Virus record (IMG/VR): IMGVR_UViG_3300013099_000022
Length of the DNA: 61,930 nt
Direction: 5' to 3' (one strand)
DNA from: a virus
A program made the position numbers and the translations under genes. Shown piece by piece: positions 18,033 through 27,793 of the stretch (the stretch's first letter is position 1; the number at the start of each line of letters is the position of its first letter). The notes beneath the pieces were generated by a model. The model did not search any database, was not told the origin of the DNA, and was given only the letters and a program-made list of their open reading frames with translations.

Positions 18033-18788
18033 TTATCTTGTTGCTCTCCAATCCTTACTTCTTACACTTGCTTTATCTGCCGCAGCAAATTTAGCTTTAT
18101 TACTTTTTAATTTTTTAGCAACTGCTGCTTTTTTAGATAATTCTTTACCTCTTTTGTATTCATTCCATTTTCTTTGTCCAGCATATTGTACTTGTTTTAA
18201 TGAATGTTTTAATCCTCTTTTACCTGGTTTAGCAGCCATAGCAGCTTTTTCTTGACTTCTACGTTTTTGAGTTGTAGTCTGACCTTTTGTTGGAGATGCT
18301 TTAGTTTTTTTAGTGCCAGATATAGCAGCTTTTTCTTGACTTCTACGTCTTGCAGTAACTGCATCAGTTTTCTTTAAAGCTTTTTTCTTTACCATTTTAT
18401 CATATGCAGCAGTACTTGCTTTATCAGCAGCAGCAAATTTAGCTTTATTTTTTTGCATTTTTTTAGATTGTCTTTTTGCTTGGAAATCTTTAAGAGCTGT
18501 TGATGCACTATCTGTATAACCTTTAACTTTAGTTTTAGCTTGTTGTCCATAATCTGTAGCTTTAGCTTTAGCTTGTTGTCCATAATCTTTAGCTTTACCA
18601 ACAGCTGCTTTAGCTTGTTTTGGATTAGCAGCAGCATAACCACCTGCAGCAGCTAATGCAGCACCAGTAAGTATTTTACCTTTATGGTCTCTCCAAACTT
18701 TTTTAACTTTATCCCATATTTTACCTTCTTCTAGTCCATGTAAATAATTTTCTAATAAACTCATAATATACTCCTTCTTGATTAACAT
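18033..18788 (-). CDS. Lys/Ala-rich basic repeat protein (histone H1-like composition) with conserved N-terminal domain shared with 46350-46760
   Basis: N-terminus YLHGLEEGKIWDKVKKVWRDHKGKI is nearly identical to that of ORF 46350-46760; internal direct repeats (NKAKFAAADKAS x2, RRSQEKAA x2, DYGQQAK x2) visible in both protein and DNA. Confidence 0.55.
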   Translation of the reverse strand: MLIKKEYIMSLLENYLHGLEEGKIWDKVKKVWRDHKGKILTGAALAAAGGYAAANPKQAKAAVGKAKDYGQQAKAKATDYGQQAKTKVKGYTDSASTALKDFQAKRQSKKMQKNKAKFAAADKASTAAYDKMVKKKALKKTDAVTARRRSQEKAAISGTKKTKASPTKGQTTTQKRRSQEKAAMAAKPGKRGLKHSLKQVQYAGQRKWNEYKRGKELSKKAAVAKKLKSNKAKFAAADKASVRSKDWRATR

Positions 18789-18811
18789 AATTTAATATTT
18801 GTTCTATTTAT

Positions 18812-19129
18812 TTAATAGAATAGATTTAGAACTCCGTTACCTAAATCAGGAACTATATCTAATCCTTCTGTATCCATATCTAATTTATATATTGTGTTTA
18901 ATGTTTCAACAATACCTGTCTTTTTATCAAATGAAACTATATATGATGATCTCATATGATCACCAGGTTTCCACCTACCAGTAGGTTCATTTACAACAGT
19001 TCCTGTAAATACTATTGGTTGAAATATAATATTTGGGAATGCTTCTTTAAATTTTTCTTCTCCGCCTTCAGGAATCTGTAAGTGGTGTATTTGCCATTTT
19101 TCAATTTTTCCGCCATCCTTCTTATCCAT
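18812..19129 (-). CDS. Hypothetical protein (105 aa)
   Basis: ORF track. Confidence 0.4.
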   Translation of the reverse strand: MDKKDGGKIEKWQIHHLQIPEGGEEKFKEAFPNIIFQPIVFTGTVVNEPTGRWKPGDHMRSSYIVSFDKKTGIVETLNTIYKLDMDTEGLDIVPDLGNGVLNLFY

Positions 19130-19183
19130 TATTAATCTCCATTCTAAATATATTAATTACTAAGCTTTGCTTTATGATTTATA

Positions 19184-22100
19184 TTATCTCCATATCATCA
19201 TACTAATAAAATAACTATTTAATAAATCTCTAACAGGTGATGATTTTGCTGTACGATATTTAGCATGACCTGTTTGTATAATATCTGATAAAATTTCATT
19301 CTTTGTTATATGATCATCAGATAACGGTCCAAAAAATTCAGCAAGTAGATTTGGACAATTATAACTAATAAAAGAATATGTATCCAATTCACCCATTCTT
19401 TGACCACCTTCTCTTTTTTTACCAGCGGTTGGTTGAAAGGTTTTACTTACAACTGGACCAGTACTTCTAGCAGCTAATTTATCTTTAGCTATATGTTCCA
19501 ATTTTAACATATACATATATCCAACAGGAACTTTACTTTTTGTTTTTGTATTATATTCTGGTAATTTTAAATTATAACCAGCTTTAAGACCTAAGCTTTT
19601 TAAAGCAGCTAATATTTCTTTATAAGCTGGAGCTTTAAATGGAGGTATTAATATAGTCATAGATCCAGAATCTTTAACTTGTTTCATAAACTCTTTAAAT
19701 TTAGTATCTGACATAGCTCTAAAACTATTAATCAACTTTTTACTAAATTCTTTATTTTTTGTCATATCAAGATTAGGAAGAACTTTATTTAATAATGCTA
19801 TAACTTTTGTTTTATTATTTAATTTAAGTATTTGTCTTCCAAGTTCTTTAGATATAAGTCCAGTATACATTTCATATAATTGACCAACATTCATACGACC
19901 AACTACTCCAATAGGATTTAAAATAATATCAACTCTATCTCCAGTAGTAGTTCTTGGCATATTTTCTTCTTTTTCAATAAGAGAAACAATACCTTTAGCG
20001 CCATGTCTATTAGTTAATTTATCACCAATACCAACAGGAAGTTCTTGTTCTAGTTTAAATTTAATTAAAACACCTTGAATGACTTCTCCTTTATATATAA
20101 ACTTTTCTTTAGGTTTTAAACCATATCTAGATCTCGTTCTTTTAGTTAAAGCATCTAATTCTGGAAATTTTCCTTCTTTTAAATTATTAAATACTTCTAT
20201 ATCAACAATTTTACCACCAGGAGATTTTTTAATCATATGACCAGAAACAACTTCAACCCCTTCCTCTTCCTCATCAAAACCAATTAATTCTTCAATCTCT
20301 CCAATACTCTTTCTTAATAATGGTTCTCCTTTTATAGTCTCAGCTCCTAATTTATTTATAAATACAACTCTGTCATCTTTTGCTATTTCAACTTCTTCAA
20401 CTATACCATGTAATGAATTTAGAATTCCTTCTTTTACTATTCTTTCAGATATAACAATTCCATCCTCAAAGTTAAAACCTTTATAAGGCATTAAAGCAAC
20501 ACACATACTTCTTCCAAGAGCAATAGATCCACCAGTAATACATGATCCTTCAGCTATTATACTTTTATATTTAACAACTTGACCAACCTTTACAGTAGGT
20601 TTAAATACACTTAATGTATCCTTACCAGATCCTGATCTTAAATGAACTGGTGTTATTGATATAACTTTATTACCACCAGTACTACATTTAATAGAAATAT
20701 CATCTTTTGTTACCCTAGTAATCTTTCCATTACAAGGAGATTTTTTGATAAAATCATCAGACAAGACACTTGTTAAAATTGATTCATATCCTGATTGAAT
20801 CATTGGTATTTCTGGGTTTCTTAATGGTACAGCTTGTCTCATTTGACTACATCCAAACATAACCCTATTACCATCGTTATTTTCAACAAATGGTATTTGA
20901 GCAGCTGTTGTAGATAAAAGTCCAGAATTTTCACCTTCTTTTTTATCTTTAGTTTGAATAATACCTCTCGCTGATGTTATGAAAGCATCAACAGTTAATT
21001 GCTGTACAATACCAACATTTTCACCTTCAGGTGTATCAAGTGTATCAATATTTCCAAACATAGAATCATGAACATTACGACCTTCATTTTGTATAGCTTG
21101 TTTATCAGGTATACCTCCAATTGCTTTACCAACAGGAGAAACTCTTGTTTTAGTAGCCATTTCTTCTATTGGATTAGCATACTCCATATCAGCTACAATT
21201 TCTGAATTTATAAAATCGCTTAATACTTTAGTTTGAGATATAGAAAATATAGCTTTTTTATTGCCAGATAATACTTGTTCTTTATATTCTGTGTGAGCTG
21301 CTAAAATTTGCTTTTGTGCTAGATGAACAAGAATCTCTGAATTTCTTATTCTTTGATTTGATATATCATTTCTTTTTTGTACAAATCCTTCAACTGCTTT
21401 AGATGACATATATTTCATAATCAAATGTAATTCAGATGGTAATTGTTTATTTATTAAAACTTGTTTAGCTACAGGATCCACAATATTCTCTAAATTTGAT
21501 TGTATTAAAAATGTTGAATTAATACGACCCGCTATTTTAATAATCAAATCATTAAAATATTGTTTAGTTAAAAACTCTGCTTTTAAATTATATGAACTAA
21601 TGTTGGAATGAACTAATGATTGAATTAATTCTTCTTTTAATTTTGTATTGATATTTTCAAATAAAATCCATTGGTTATCGTCAACTTTAACGGTCCATTT
21701 AACCTCTTTATCAGGTTTCTCGTTTGTTATCTTATACCTAATATCATATAATTTCAGTGTCTCTTTAAAACCAAAACTAAAGGATAATAGAACCAATAAA
21801 GGAACTTTATATGATCCAATGTATGCTTCTAAATATTCTTCTCTTTTTGTTCTTTTACTCCAAATATGGAATGTAGAATAACTACTTTCAAACTTACTAT
21901 CATATTTTTTAGGGAATGTTATTGGACATAAAACTAATTGATTAATAAGACATTTTTTCTTACCATTAATTTGAAATGTTCCATCATCTGCTATATTAGG
22001 AACATCTAATAAAATTTCATGTTCTCTTTTAAATTTATCAACCATGGTAATTTTTATAGTACTAATATTTGATGGAGATAAATCCCCTCTTCTTATAGGT

Positions 22101-23275
22101 TTTTTAACAATATTAATAGTTTTAAACTTTAACGGAATATTTTTTGTTTCTAAAACCTTAAAAGAATTCACAACATCTTTCTTTAAATTAGTTTCAAAGT
22201 CTATTTTTCTTTTTTCAAAAATATGTTCAGGTGATTTATTACCAACTGCATTAGAAACATTTGATAATTGTATAACTAAATCTTCTGCTGTGGTTTCTGT
22301 TTTTTTAGGTTGTAATAATTCATCAGCATATTTTTTATCAATAACTTTTAGAGCAGCAGTTTTTTTATTTTCTGGAATTTTTGAAGTCGTTTTACGAGAT
22401 TTTCCCATATCGCCAGTTGTTCTATATAATACAGATGCTGTTGCAATATCTTTAGCGTCATTATTAGTTATATCATTATTATGAGCTTTTTCTAAAGTAT
22501 TTGGATTTTTCTCAAAAAACTTTTGTATTGATTGTTTAAATTTATTTTTGTTAGAAGGTGTTATATCATCTTTAATTTTTTTAATTACTGTATTGGTCGC
22601 AGTATTTATTTTATTTTCAAGTTCTTCATCATCATCAATAATTTTAATATTTTTAAGAAATAAATTTATTCTATTGAATTTAATAGATCTATCTTTCATT
22701 AATAGTCGATATCTAGATGAATTATCCCCAATGGTATTTAGTATCAAATGATCATAGTATAATTTATTTTTCTTTAATTCTATAACAAATGGAAATATTT
22801 TTCTATCAATATATTTATTCATACCTTTAGTTGCATTGGTACTATACATAAAAATCTTTTGATAATTATTAGGAAATGAACTAAATATTTTATCAATTAT
22901 ATTTTTTAATATAAAACCACCACGAGCTCTATAATTTTTTAATTTATATGCATTATCTAATATATTTAAAAAAGGTGTTAAGTCATACATAAGATTTTGT
23001 TTTTGAGGTATTGATTGTGTAGAACTAGAAGCTACCAAACCATACGCCTTATATGTTTTTTTAAGTTCTGGTGACATAAAGCTATATGGAATTTTTGTTT
23101 TAGGAACGATAACTTTTTTAACATCCACTCTTTTTAAATTTAATTTAGAATAATCATCAACTAATGTTGAATTTTCACTAAAGTAAAGTATAATGAAAGG
23201 ATTCTTGGAATCTTGTGGAAATCGTATCCCATTAACAACATGTGTAAATGGTTTAAGCGCTTTAAATTGAATCAT
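19184..23275 (-). CDS. Multisubunit RNA polymerase beta subunit homolog (full length, 1363 aa)
   Basis: C-terminal conserved beta motifs: ILNPIGVVGRMNVGQLYE (cf. NPLGVPSRMNIGQ) and GGQRMGELDTYSF (cf. GGQRFGEME); length matches bacterial beta. Confidence 0.8.
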   Translation of the reverse strand: MIQFKALKPFTHVVNGIRFPQDSKNPFIILYFSENSTLVDDYSKLNLKRVDVKKVIVPKTKIPYSFMSPELKKTYKAYGLVASSSTQSIPQKQNLMYDLTPFLNILDNAYKLKNYRARGGFILKNIIDKIFSSFPNNYQKIFMYSTNATKGMNKYIDRKIFPFVIELKKNKLYYDHLILNTIGDNSSRYRLLMKDRSIKFNRINLFLKNIKIIDDDEELENKINTATNTVIKKIKDDITPSNKNKFKQSIQKFFEKNPNTLEKAHNNDITNNDAKDIATASVLYRTTGDMGKSRKTTSKIPENKKTAALKVIDKKYADELLQPKKTETTAEDLVIQLSNVSNAVGNKSPEHIFEKRKIDFETNLKKDVVNSFKVLETKNIPLKFKTINIVKKPIRRGDLSPSNISTIKITMVDKFKREHEILLDVPNIADDGTFQINGKKKCLINQLVLCPITFPKKYDSKFESSYSTFHIWSKRTKREEYLEAYIGSYKVPLLVLLSFSFGFKETLKLYDIRYKITNEKPDKEVKWTVKVDDNQWILFENINTKLKEELIQSLVHSNISSYNLKAEFLTKQYFNDLIIKIAGRINSTFLIQSNLENIVDPVAKQVLINKQLPSELHLIMKYMSSKAVEGFVQKRNDISNQRIRNSEILVHLAQKQILAAHTEYKEQVLSGNKKAIFSISQTKVLSDFINSEIVADMEYANPIEEMATKTRVSPVGKAIGGIPDKQAIQNEGRNVHDSMFGNIDTLDTPEGENVGIVQQLTVDAFITSARGIIQTKDKKEGENSGLLSTTAAQIPFVENNDGNRVMFGCSQMRQAVPLRNPEIPMIQSGYESILTSVLSDDFIKKSPCNGKITRVTKDDISIKCSTGGNKVISITPVHLRSGSGKDTLSVFKPTVKVGQVVKYKSIIAEGSCITGGSIALGRSMCVALMPYKGFNFEDGIVISERIVKEGILNSLHGIVEEVEIAKDDRVVFINKLGAETIKGEPLLRKSIGEIEELIGFDEEEEGVEVVSGHMIKKSPGGKIVDIEVFNNLKEGKFPELDALTKRTRSRYGLKPKEKFIYKGEVIQGVLIKFKLEQELPVGIGDKLTNRHGAKGIVSLIEKEENMPRTTTGDRVDIILNPIGVVGRMNVGQLYEMYTGLISKELGRQILKLNNKTKVIALLNKVLPNLDMTKNKEFSKKLINSFRAMSDTKFKEFMKQVKDSGSMTILIPPFKAPAYKEILAALKSLGLKAGYNLKLPEYNTKTKSKVPVGYMYMLKLEHIAKDKLAARSTGPVVSKTFQPTAGKKREGGQRMGELDTYSFISYNCPNLLAEFFGPLSDDHITKNEILSDIIQTGHAKYRTAKSSPVRDLLNSYFISMMIWR

Positions 23276-23622
23276 TATTTATCCTCTGGATAGCTATCTA
23301 ATTTTTCAAATCCATTTTCTTTTAATATTGTTGCTAAATCATTACCATCTGGTAAAGTTAATGAAGCTTCATATCTTCCATATATTCCAAGTTTTGATGA
23401 TTTTATTATAACATCTTTATATTCTATTAATGATTTAACAAAATTAGTACATCTAAACCCATGTTCTGCTTCAGATGATGTCTTTGGTCTCCATGTTTCA
23501 GGTGTATCAATTTCTGTTAATCTAAACCTATGTTTAATTGTAATACTAAATCCTACATCAACTTCTGCATCAAAGGTATCACCATCAACAACTCTTGATA
23601 TCATTGCTTTATATTCATACAT
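23275..23622 (-). CDS. Staphylococcal nuclease (SNase)-like thermonuclease
   Basis: VVDGDTFDAEV ... RLTEIDTPE motifs characteristic of SNase fold; 115 aa. Confidence 0.6.
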   Translation of the reverse strand: MYEYKAMISRVVDGDTFDAEVDVGFSITIKHRFRLTEIDTPETWRPKTSSEAEHGFRCTNFVKSLIEYKDVIIKSSKLGIYGRYEASLTLPDGNDLATILKENGFEKLDSYPEDK

Positions 23623-23634
23623 AATTTATTCCCT

Positions 23635-24357
23635 TTATCTATTTTTATAATTACTGCTTCCAAGTCTAGATGTTCTACCTCGTTTTTCATCAACCAAAGT
23701 TCCTGTAAGAACCTTTTCAATAATTGAAGGTTCATTTCTTTCCTCTGAGATAAGTCCAGTTTTAATTGATTCATTAATATTTTCAAATGCTATTCCATTT
23801 ACAAACCCTTCTGAGAATACTATTTTCTTTAAATTAATCAATATCGGATCCCACTTTCTTCCTAATCTTGCTGGTATTTGAACATCCTTTTTATCTCTTA
23901 AAACTTGAGAACACATAGTTTCCAAATGAACTGAATCCATATTAGATAATTTACCATATACAGCAAATAATTTTCTATAAAGATGATCAGCATCTTTTAA
24001 TATTTCTCTACCACCAATAAGTCTTTCAACATAAGAAATTTGTACTGATGATTCCGAAGCTTCAGATGAAACTTCTAATATTGGAGAATTTGCTTCATAT
24101 TTTAATTTGATATATTCTTTATCCATTCTTTCTATTTCATAAACAAATAAATTAACAGTATAATCTAATGTTATATCAAATATTTTTTTATTATACTCAG
24201 CTTTTGCTAATAATGATTTAACCCATATTTTTTTATCTTCTCTTTCAGATATCTTTAAATTAGTATTATCATAATCAGACATATCAATTGTTAGAACCAT
24301 CGGTTGAGTAGTAAATAATTGTTGTCCTGTTTGTTTTAAAAAATTATTAATCTTCAT
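23635..24357 (-). CDS. Hypothetical protein (240 aa)
   Basis: ORF track. Confidence 0.45.
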   Translation of the reverse strand: MKINNFLKQTGQQLFTTQPMVLTIDMSDYDNTNLKISEREDKKIWVKSLLAKAEYNKKIFDITLDYTVNLFVYEIERMDKEYIKLKYEANSPILEVSSEASESSVQISYVERLIGGREILKDADHLYRKLFAVYGKLSNMDSVHLETMCSQVLRDKKDVQIPARLGRKWDPILINLKKIVFSEGFVNGIAFENINESIKTGLISEERNEPSIIEKVLTGTLVDEKRGRTSRLGSSNYKNR

Positions 24358-24359
24358 AT

Positions 24360-24692
24360 TTACCCTTTACAATTTTTAGAACATTTCTTTTTATAACCAT
24401 CTTTTGTTCCTATAAATGGTAATACTTTACCGCATTCACATAAAGCTCTCCCATTATAACAATTCATTACATTATAAACTCTTTCTTTGAATGAAGATGA
24501 TTTAGGTAAGTAGTCTGTATATTTATATAAAGCATCATAAATTCTAATTGAATTTATTTTTATTTTTTTGGAAGCACCTCTTAATCCATCAGGAAAATTT
24601 TCTTTTATATAAATTGACACTATTTCTCTATTCATAAATTTACCTCTTTTATTTTTCCAATCCAGATAATGGATCATTATTAATAATATCAT
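24360..24692 (-). CDS. Hypothetical protein with C-terminal Cys cluster
   Basis: CECGKV...CSKNC; overlaps 5' end of neighbour in the ORF track by 44 nt, so the true start may be internal. Confidence 0.35.
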   Translation of the reverse strand: MILLIMIHYLDWKNKRGKFMNREIVSIYIKENFPDGLRGASKKIKINSIRIYDALYKYTDYLPKSSSFKERVYNVMNCYNGRALCECGKVLPFIGTKDGYKKKCSKNCKG

Positions 24693-26988
24693 CTAACATA
24701 TCACGTTTTACTAAAGATACTGCTCCACCTGTATGAAAAGTTTTCATTATTAATTGCGTGCCTCTTTCTCCAATAAGTTGAGCAGCTAATATTCCAATAT
24801 AAGGAGTTTGATGTCTTTGTAATAATTTACCATAACAAGTATGACATATTTTTTCAGACTTACAATAGATAGGAGTTCTTATACTAGCTATATCACCAAC
24901 TTTAAATTTAGCTCTTTCAAATTCCATCAATTTCCCGTTTTTAATAACAAACCTTCCTGTAAATCTTTTAATTAAAACATCATTAAGTTTTATGTTTAAT
25001 GTTTTTGTTGTTTTACAATCTTTTATACGAGGGTCAAGTTCTACTGTATTTAATAAATAAGCTAATTTTCTTGACATATATCCTGTTTCAGCTGTATTAA
25101 TAACTCTATCAATAATACCTTTTCTTGCTCCTTGAGAGGCATCAAAGTATTCTCTATTAGATAAACCATCAGCAAATGACCCTGATATAGGATCTAAAAC
25201 ATTACCGTCAGGATCAGCGATAACACCTTTTGCAACTAGTATTTGCATTGGTTGACCCCATCCCTTAGTAGACCCTGAATTAGCAAGATCTCCAAATCCT
25301 GTATTGTCTAAATGCTTTTCTAATATTTTTTGAGCTTCCTCTATTAGAGTTTGAGCTTCCTCTGGATCTGCTGTTTTTAATTTTTCTTTAATCTTTAAAA
25401 CCGAGGCTGGTAATTCAAAAGTATCTAAGCTCATAGATGGAGCCATGATGGTAGCCCATTTAAATCCAACTTCTTTTAATTTATCAACAACTATTTTAAT
25501 AATATCATCACCATGTTTATTATAAGTCTGTTCAATCTTTGAGTTAATTGTTTTTTTAGTTGCTTGTGCTTCCATATAACCCATATCTTTTGGAAAGCAA
25601 CTATTAACAATAGCTTTACCCATTGTTGTTTTTTGACCTCTATATTTAACTGCTATATACGGTTCGGTTGCATTTTCAATATCTTCATTAGATACTGCTA
25701 ATGGTGACCCTGTTGGTTTTTTATCTTTTGTAATAGTATATAACCCAGCCCATATTTCTTTTGATAAACCAAAAATAAACTCAGAAGATGATGTTCCAGA
25801 AGTTAGTTTCATCATTCTTGTTCTTGCTTCATCTTGAGCCTCATCTGTTAATGGATGATATACAGCCATTGTATCGCCATCAAAATCTGCATTATGAACA
25901 CCAACTTGAGTAGTAGACATAAGCATTGTATCGCCTCTATGTAAGACAGGAAAATAAGCTAAATAACTTTGAGTATGTAAAACTGGATCCCTTTTTACTA
26001 CTACAACACGACCCATCATTGAAACTTCTGTTTGTATAAAGAATAATTCATAAAGATTTTCTGGAATTTTATCTCCTTCTTTAATACCTTTCATTACTCT
26101 TTTAACAGATTCAGTTGAAAGTTCCATTCCATTAAATTCTTTGATACCTTTTTCTAAAACATCTTTATCAACTTTACCAGAATATAATAATCTGTTCATA
26201 ATAAAAGGTTCAAATAAGCTAATAGCTAATCTTAGTGGTAATCCAACTTCATTGATTTTTATTTTTGGATCAGGTGTTATAACAGATCGACCAGAAAAAT
26301 CAATACGTTTTCCTAACATTTGATCTCGAATAATACCTTTCTTTTTACCAATCTTTGATCTAATATAATTATCATGATCCATAACTGCTAATTGCATAGA
26401 ATAATTTAATAAATCATATAACGGACCAGAACCAGAAGATCTTAATTGAGAAGCCTTTCTCATAACAGAAATATATACATCATTTAATTGATCATCCATC
26501 CTATTACCATCTTCACCTTTTATAGAAGGTCTTAAATCTGGAGGAATTACAATAATTTTATCAATAAACATTGTGTTGTTTTTAGTTTCTTTTTTAATGA
26601 GTTTAATAAGCTTTTTTCTTAATTCAGTTCCACCTCTCCAATTTATACTAGGAAATAATTTTATAAACTCTTTCATCCCAGTAACACCTTTATTGTTTAT
26701 CTCTAATATACCATCTTTATCTAAAATAAAAGATTCTTCAGTAGAAATAAACTTTTCTACTCTTCTATCTATTTGTAATAATATTCTATACATAGCAGGA
26801 TGAATAGCGTAACCATATAATTCAAAATAAGAGAATATAATTCTTCTATCTGGCGAACCATCTGGTCCAAAAATGTCTTCACTAAACAAACCTTCTTCAT
26901 GAAAGTCACCAGATTTAGTGGTAGTGATCATAGATGTTACTGGTTTAAGATTTTTACAAAAACTTTTTGGATTTAATAATCTTAACAT
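24649..26988 (-). CDS. Multisubunit RNA polymerase beta-prime subunit, N-terminal fragment (split beta-prime)
   Basis: Catalytic NADFDGD motif present; N-terminal ...EDIFGP motif; ends at AAQLIGERGTQLIMKTFHTGG (bridge helix/trigger-loop start), so the C-terminal roughly 40 percent of beta-prime is not encoded here. Confidence 0.85.
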   Translation of the reverse strand: MLRLLNPKSFCKNLKPVTSMITTTKSGDFHEEGLFSEDIFGPDGSPDRRIIFSYFELYGYAIHPAMYRILLQIDRRVEKFISTEESFILDKDGILEINNKGVTGMKEFIKLFPSINWRGGTELRKKLIKLIKKETKNNTMFIDKIIVIPPDLRPSIKGEDGNRMDDQLNDVYISVMRKASQLRSSGSGPLYDLLNYSMQLAVMDHDNYIRSKIGKKKGIIRDQMLGKRIDFSGRSVITPDPKIKINEVGLPLRLAISLFEPFIMNRLLYSGKVDKDVLEKGIKEFNGMELSTESVKRVMKGIKEGDKIPENLYELFFIQTEVSMMGRVVVVKRDPVLHTQSYLAYFPVLHRGDTMLMSTTQVGVHNADFDGDTMAVYHPLTDEAQDEARTRMMKLTSGTSSSEFIFGLSKEIWAGLYTITKDKKPTGSPLAVSNEDIENATEPYIAVKYRGQKTTMGKAIVNSCFPKDMGYMEAQATKKTINSKIEQTYNKHGDDIIKIVVDKLKEVGFKWATIMAPSMSLDTFELPASVLKIKEKLKTADPEEAQTLIEEAQKILEKHLDNTGFGDLANSGSTKGWGQPMQILVAKGVIADPDGNVLDPISGSFADGLSNREYFDASQGARKGIIDRVINTAETGYMSRKLAYLLNTVELDPRIKDCKTTKTLNIKLNDVLIKRFTGRFVIKNGKLMEFERAKFKVGDIASIRTPIYCKSEKICHTCYGKLLQRHQTPYIGILAAQLIGERGTQLIMKTFHTGGAVSLVKRDMLDDIINNDPLSGLEK

Positions 26989-26991
26989 ATT

Positions 26992-27684
26992 TTATTTCTT
27001 CTTTTTTGCTTTTTGAATTTTATCTTTTTGTTTTTTAATTTTCGCTTTTAAAATATCTTTTTTAGTTGGATCTTTTTCAGCTTTAAATTTTTTATATAAA
27101 CTTTTTAATCCTTTATATAATTCATATGCAAGAACTGTTCCTCCAACACCAGCCAATGATCCTCTCACAATACCCATTTCATGAGATTTTTTAAGAGCAC
27201 CTTCCACCGCCTCCTTATCCACTACTCTAAGTTTTTCATGAAATAAATCAACATGTTCTTCATTTTTTCTCATAATACTATTCAATTGCATTTTTCTATT
27301 AAAACGTTTGGTAGATTTTCCTTTTAATACAGCTTGACTCATTGTATTAGGAACTTCTTTAGAATATTTAGCGTGTAATTTTTTTAATTGAATTATAGCT
27401 CCTGTCATATCTCTTTCACGAGCTATTTCTGATTTAGCCATTCCTTTTGCTAACTTTAATGAGAAGTTAATCATTTTTGGACATTTATAACCATATCTAT
27501 TACATATAGGAAATATAGTATGATCAGATCCAGTATCAATAGATAAATAACAACCAGGATTTTTTTTAGAATCTTGTTGAACAAATTCTGGAGTTAATCT
27601 ATCAACATCATCATGATAAGTGATTGGTGAAATTAAATCATATGCTTTTCTAAATAATTCGTTTAATACTTTAAAATTTTCCAT
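26992..27684 (-). CDS. Hypothetical protein with Lys-rich C-terminal tail
   Basis: 230 aa; GGAGAG RBS about 9 nt upstream of the ATG. Confidence 0.45.
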   Translation of the reverse strand: MENFKVLNELFRKAYDLISPITYHDDVDRLTPEFVQQDSKKNPGCYLSIDTGSDHTIFPICNRYGYKCPKMINFSLKLAKGMAKSEIARERDMTGAIIQLKKLHAKYSKEVPNTMSQAVLKGKSTKRFNRKMQLNSIMRKNEEHVDLFHEKLRVVDKEAVEGALKKSHEMGIVRGSLAGVGGTVLAYELYKGLKSLYKKFKAEKDPTKKDILKAKIKKQKDKIQKAKKKK

Positions 27685-27714
27685 AACATATTACTCTCCA
27701 TATTATTTACTTTA

Positions 27715-27733
27715 TATTTTGTTCTAAAAAAAG
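27715..27733 (-). promoter_or_regulatory. Upstream motif TTATATTTTGTTCTAAAAAAG (minus-strand reading CTTTTTTTAGAACAAAATATAA), recurring promoter-like element
   Basis: Near-identical copies at 37699-37717, 39611-39629, 45722-45739 (plus 45750-45761), all 25-60 nt upstream of minus-strand start codons. Confidence 0.35.
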
Positions 27734-27750
27734 ATTAACATAACTGACGG

Positions 27751-27793
27751 AAAAAGGGTAGCTTATATTTACTATAAGCTACCCTTTTATTTT
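27751..27793 (-). terminator. Rho-independent terminator hairpin (GGGTAGCTTA-loop-TAAGCTACCC) flanked by A5 and T-runs
   Basis: 10-bp perfect stem read directly; lies just downstream of the stop of gene 27792-29258. Confidence 0.55.

Noticed and set aside
18389-18643. Minus-strand 84-aa ORF nested in another frame inside the K/A-rich gene
   Set aside because: It is the alternative-frame reading of the repeat region (polyleucine/lysine artefact); the repeat-bearing frame of 18033-18788 is continuous and conserved with the paralog.
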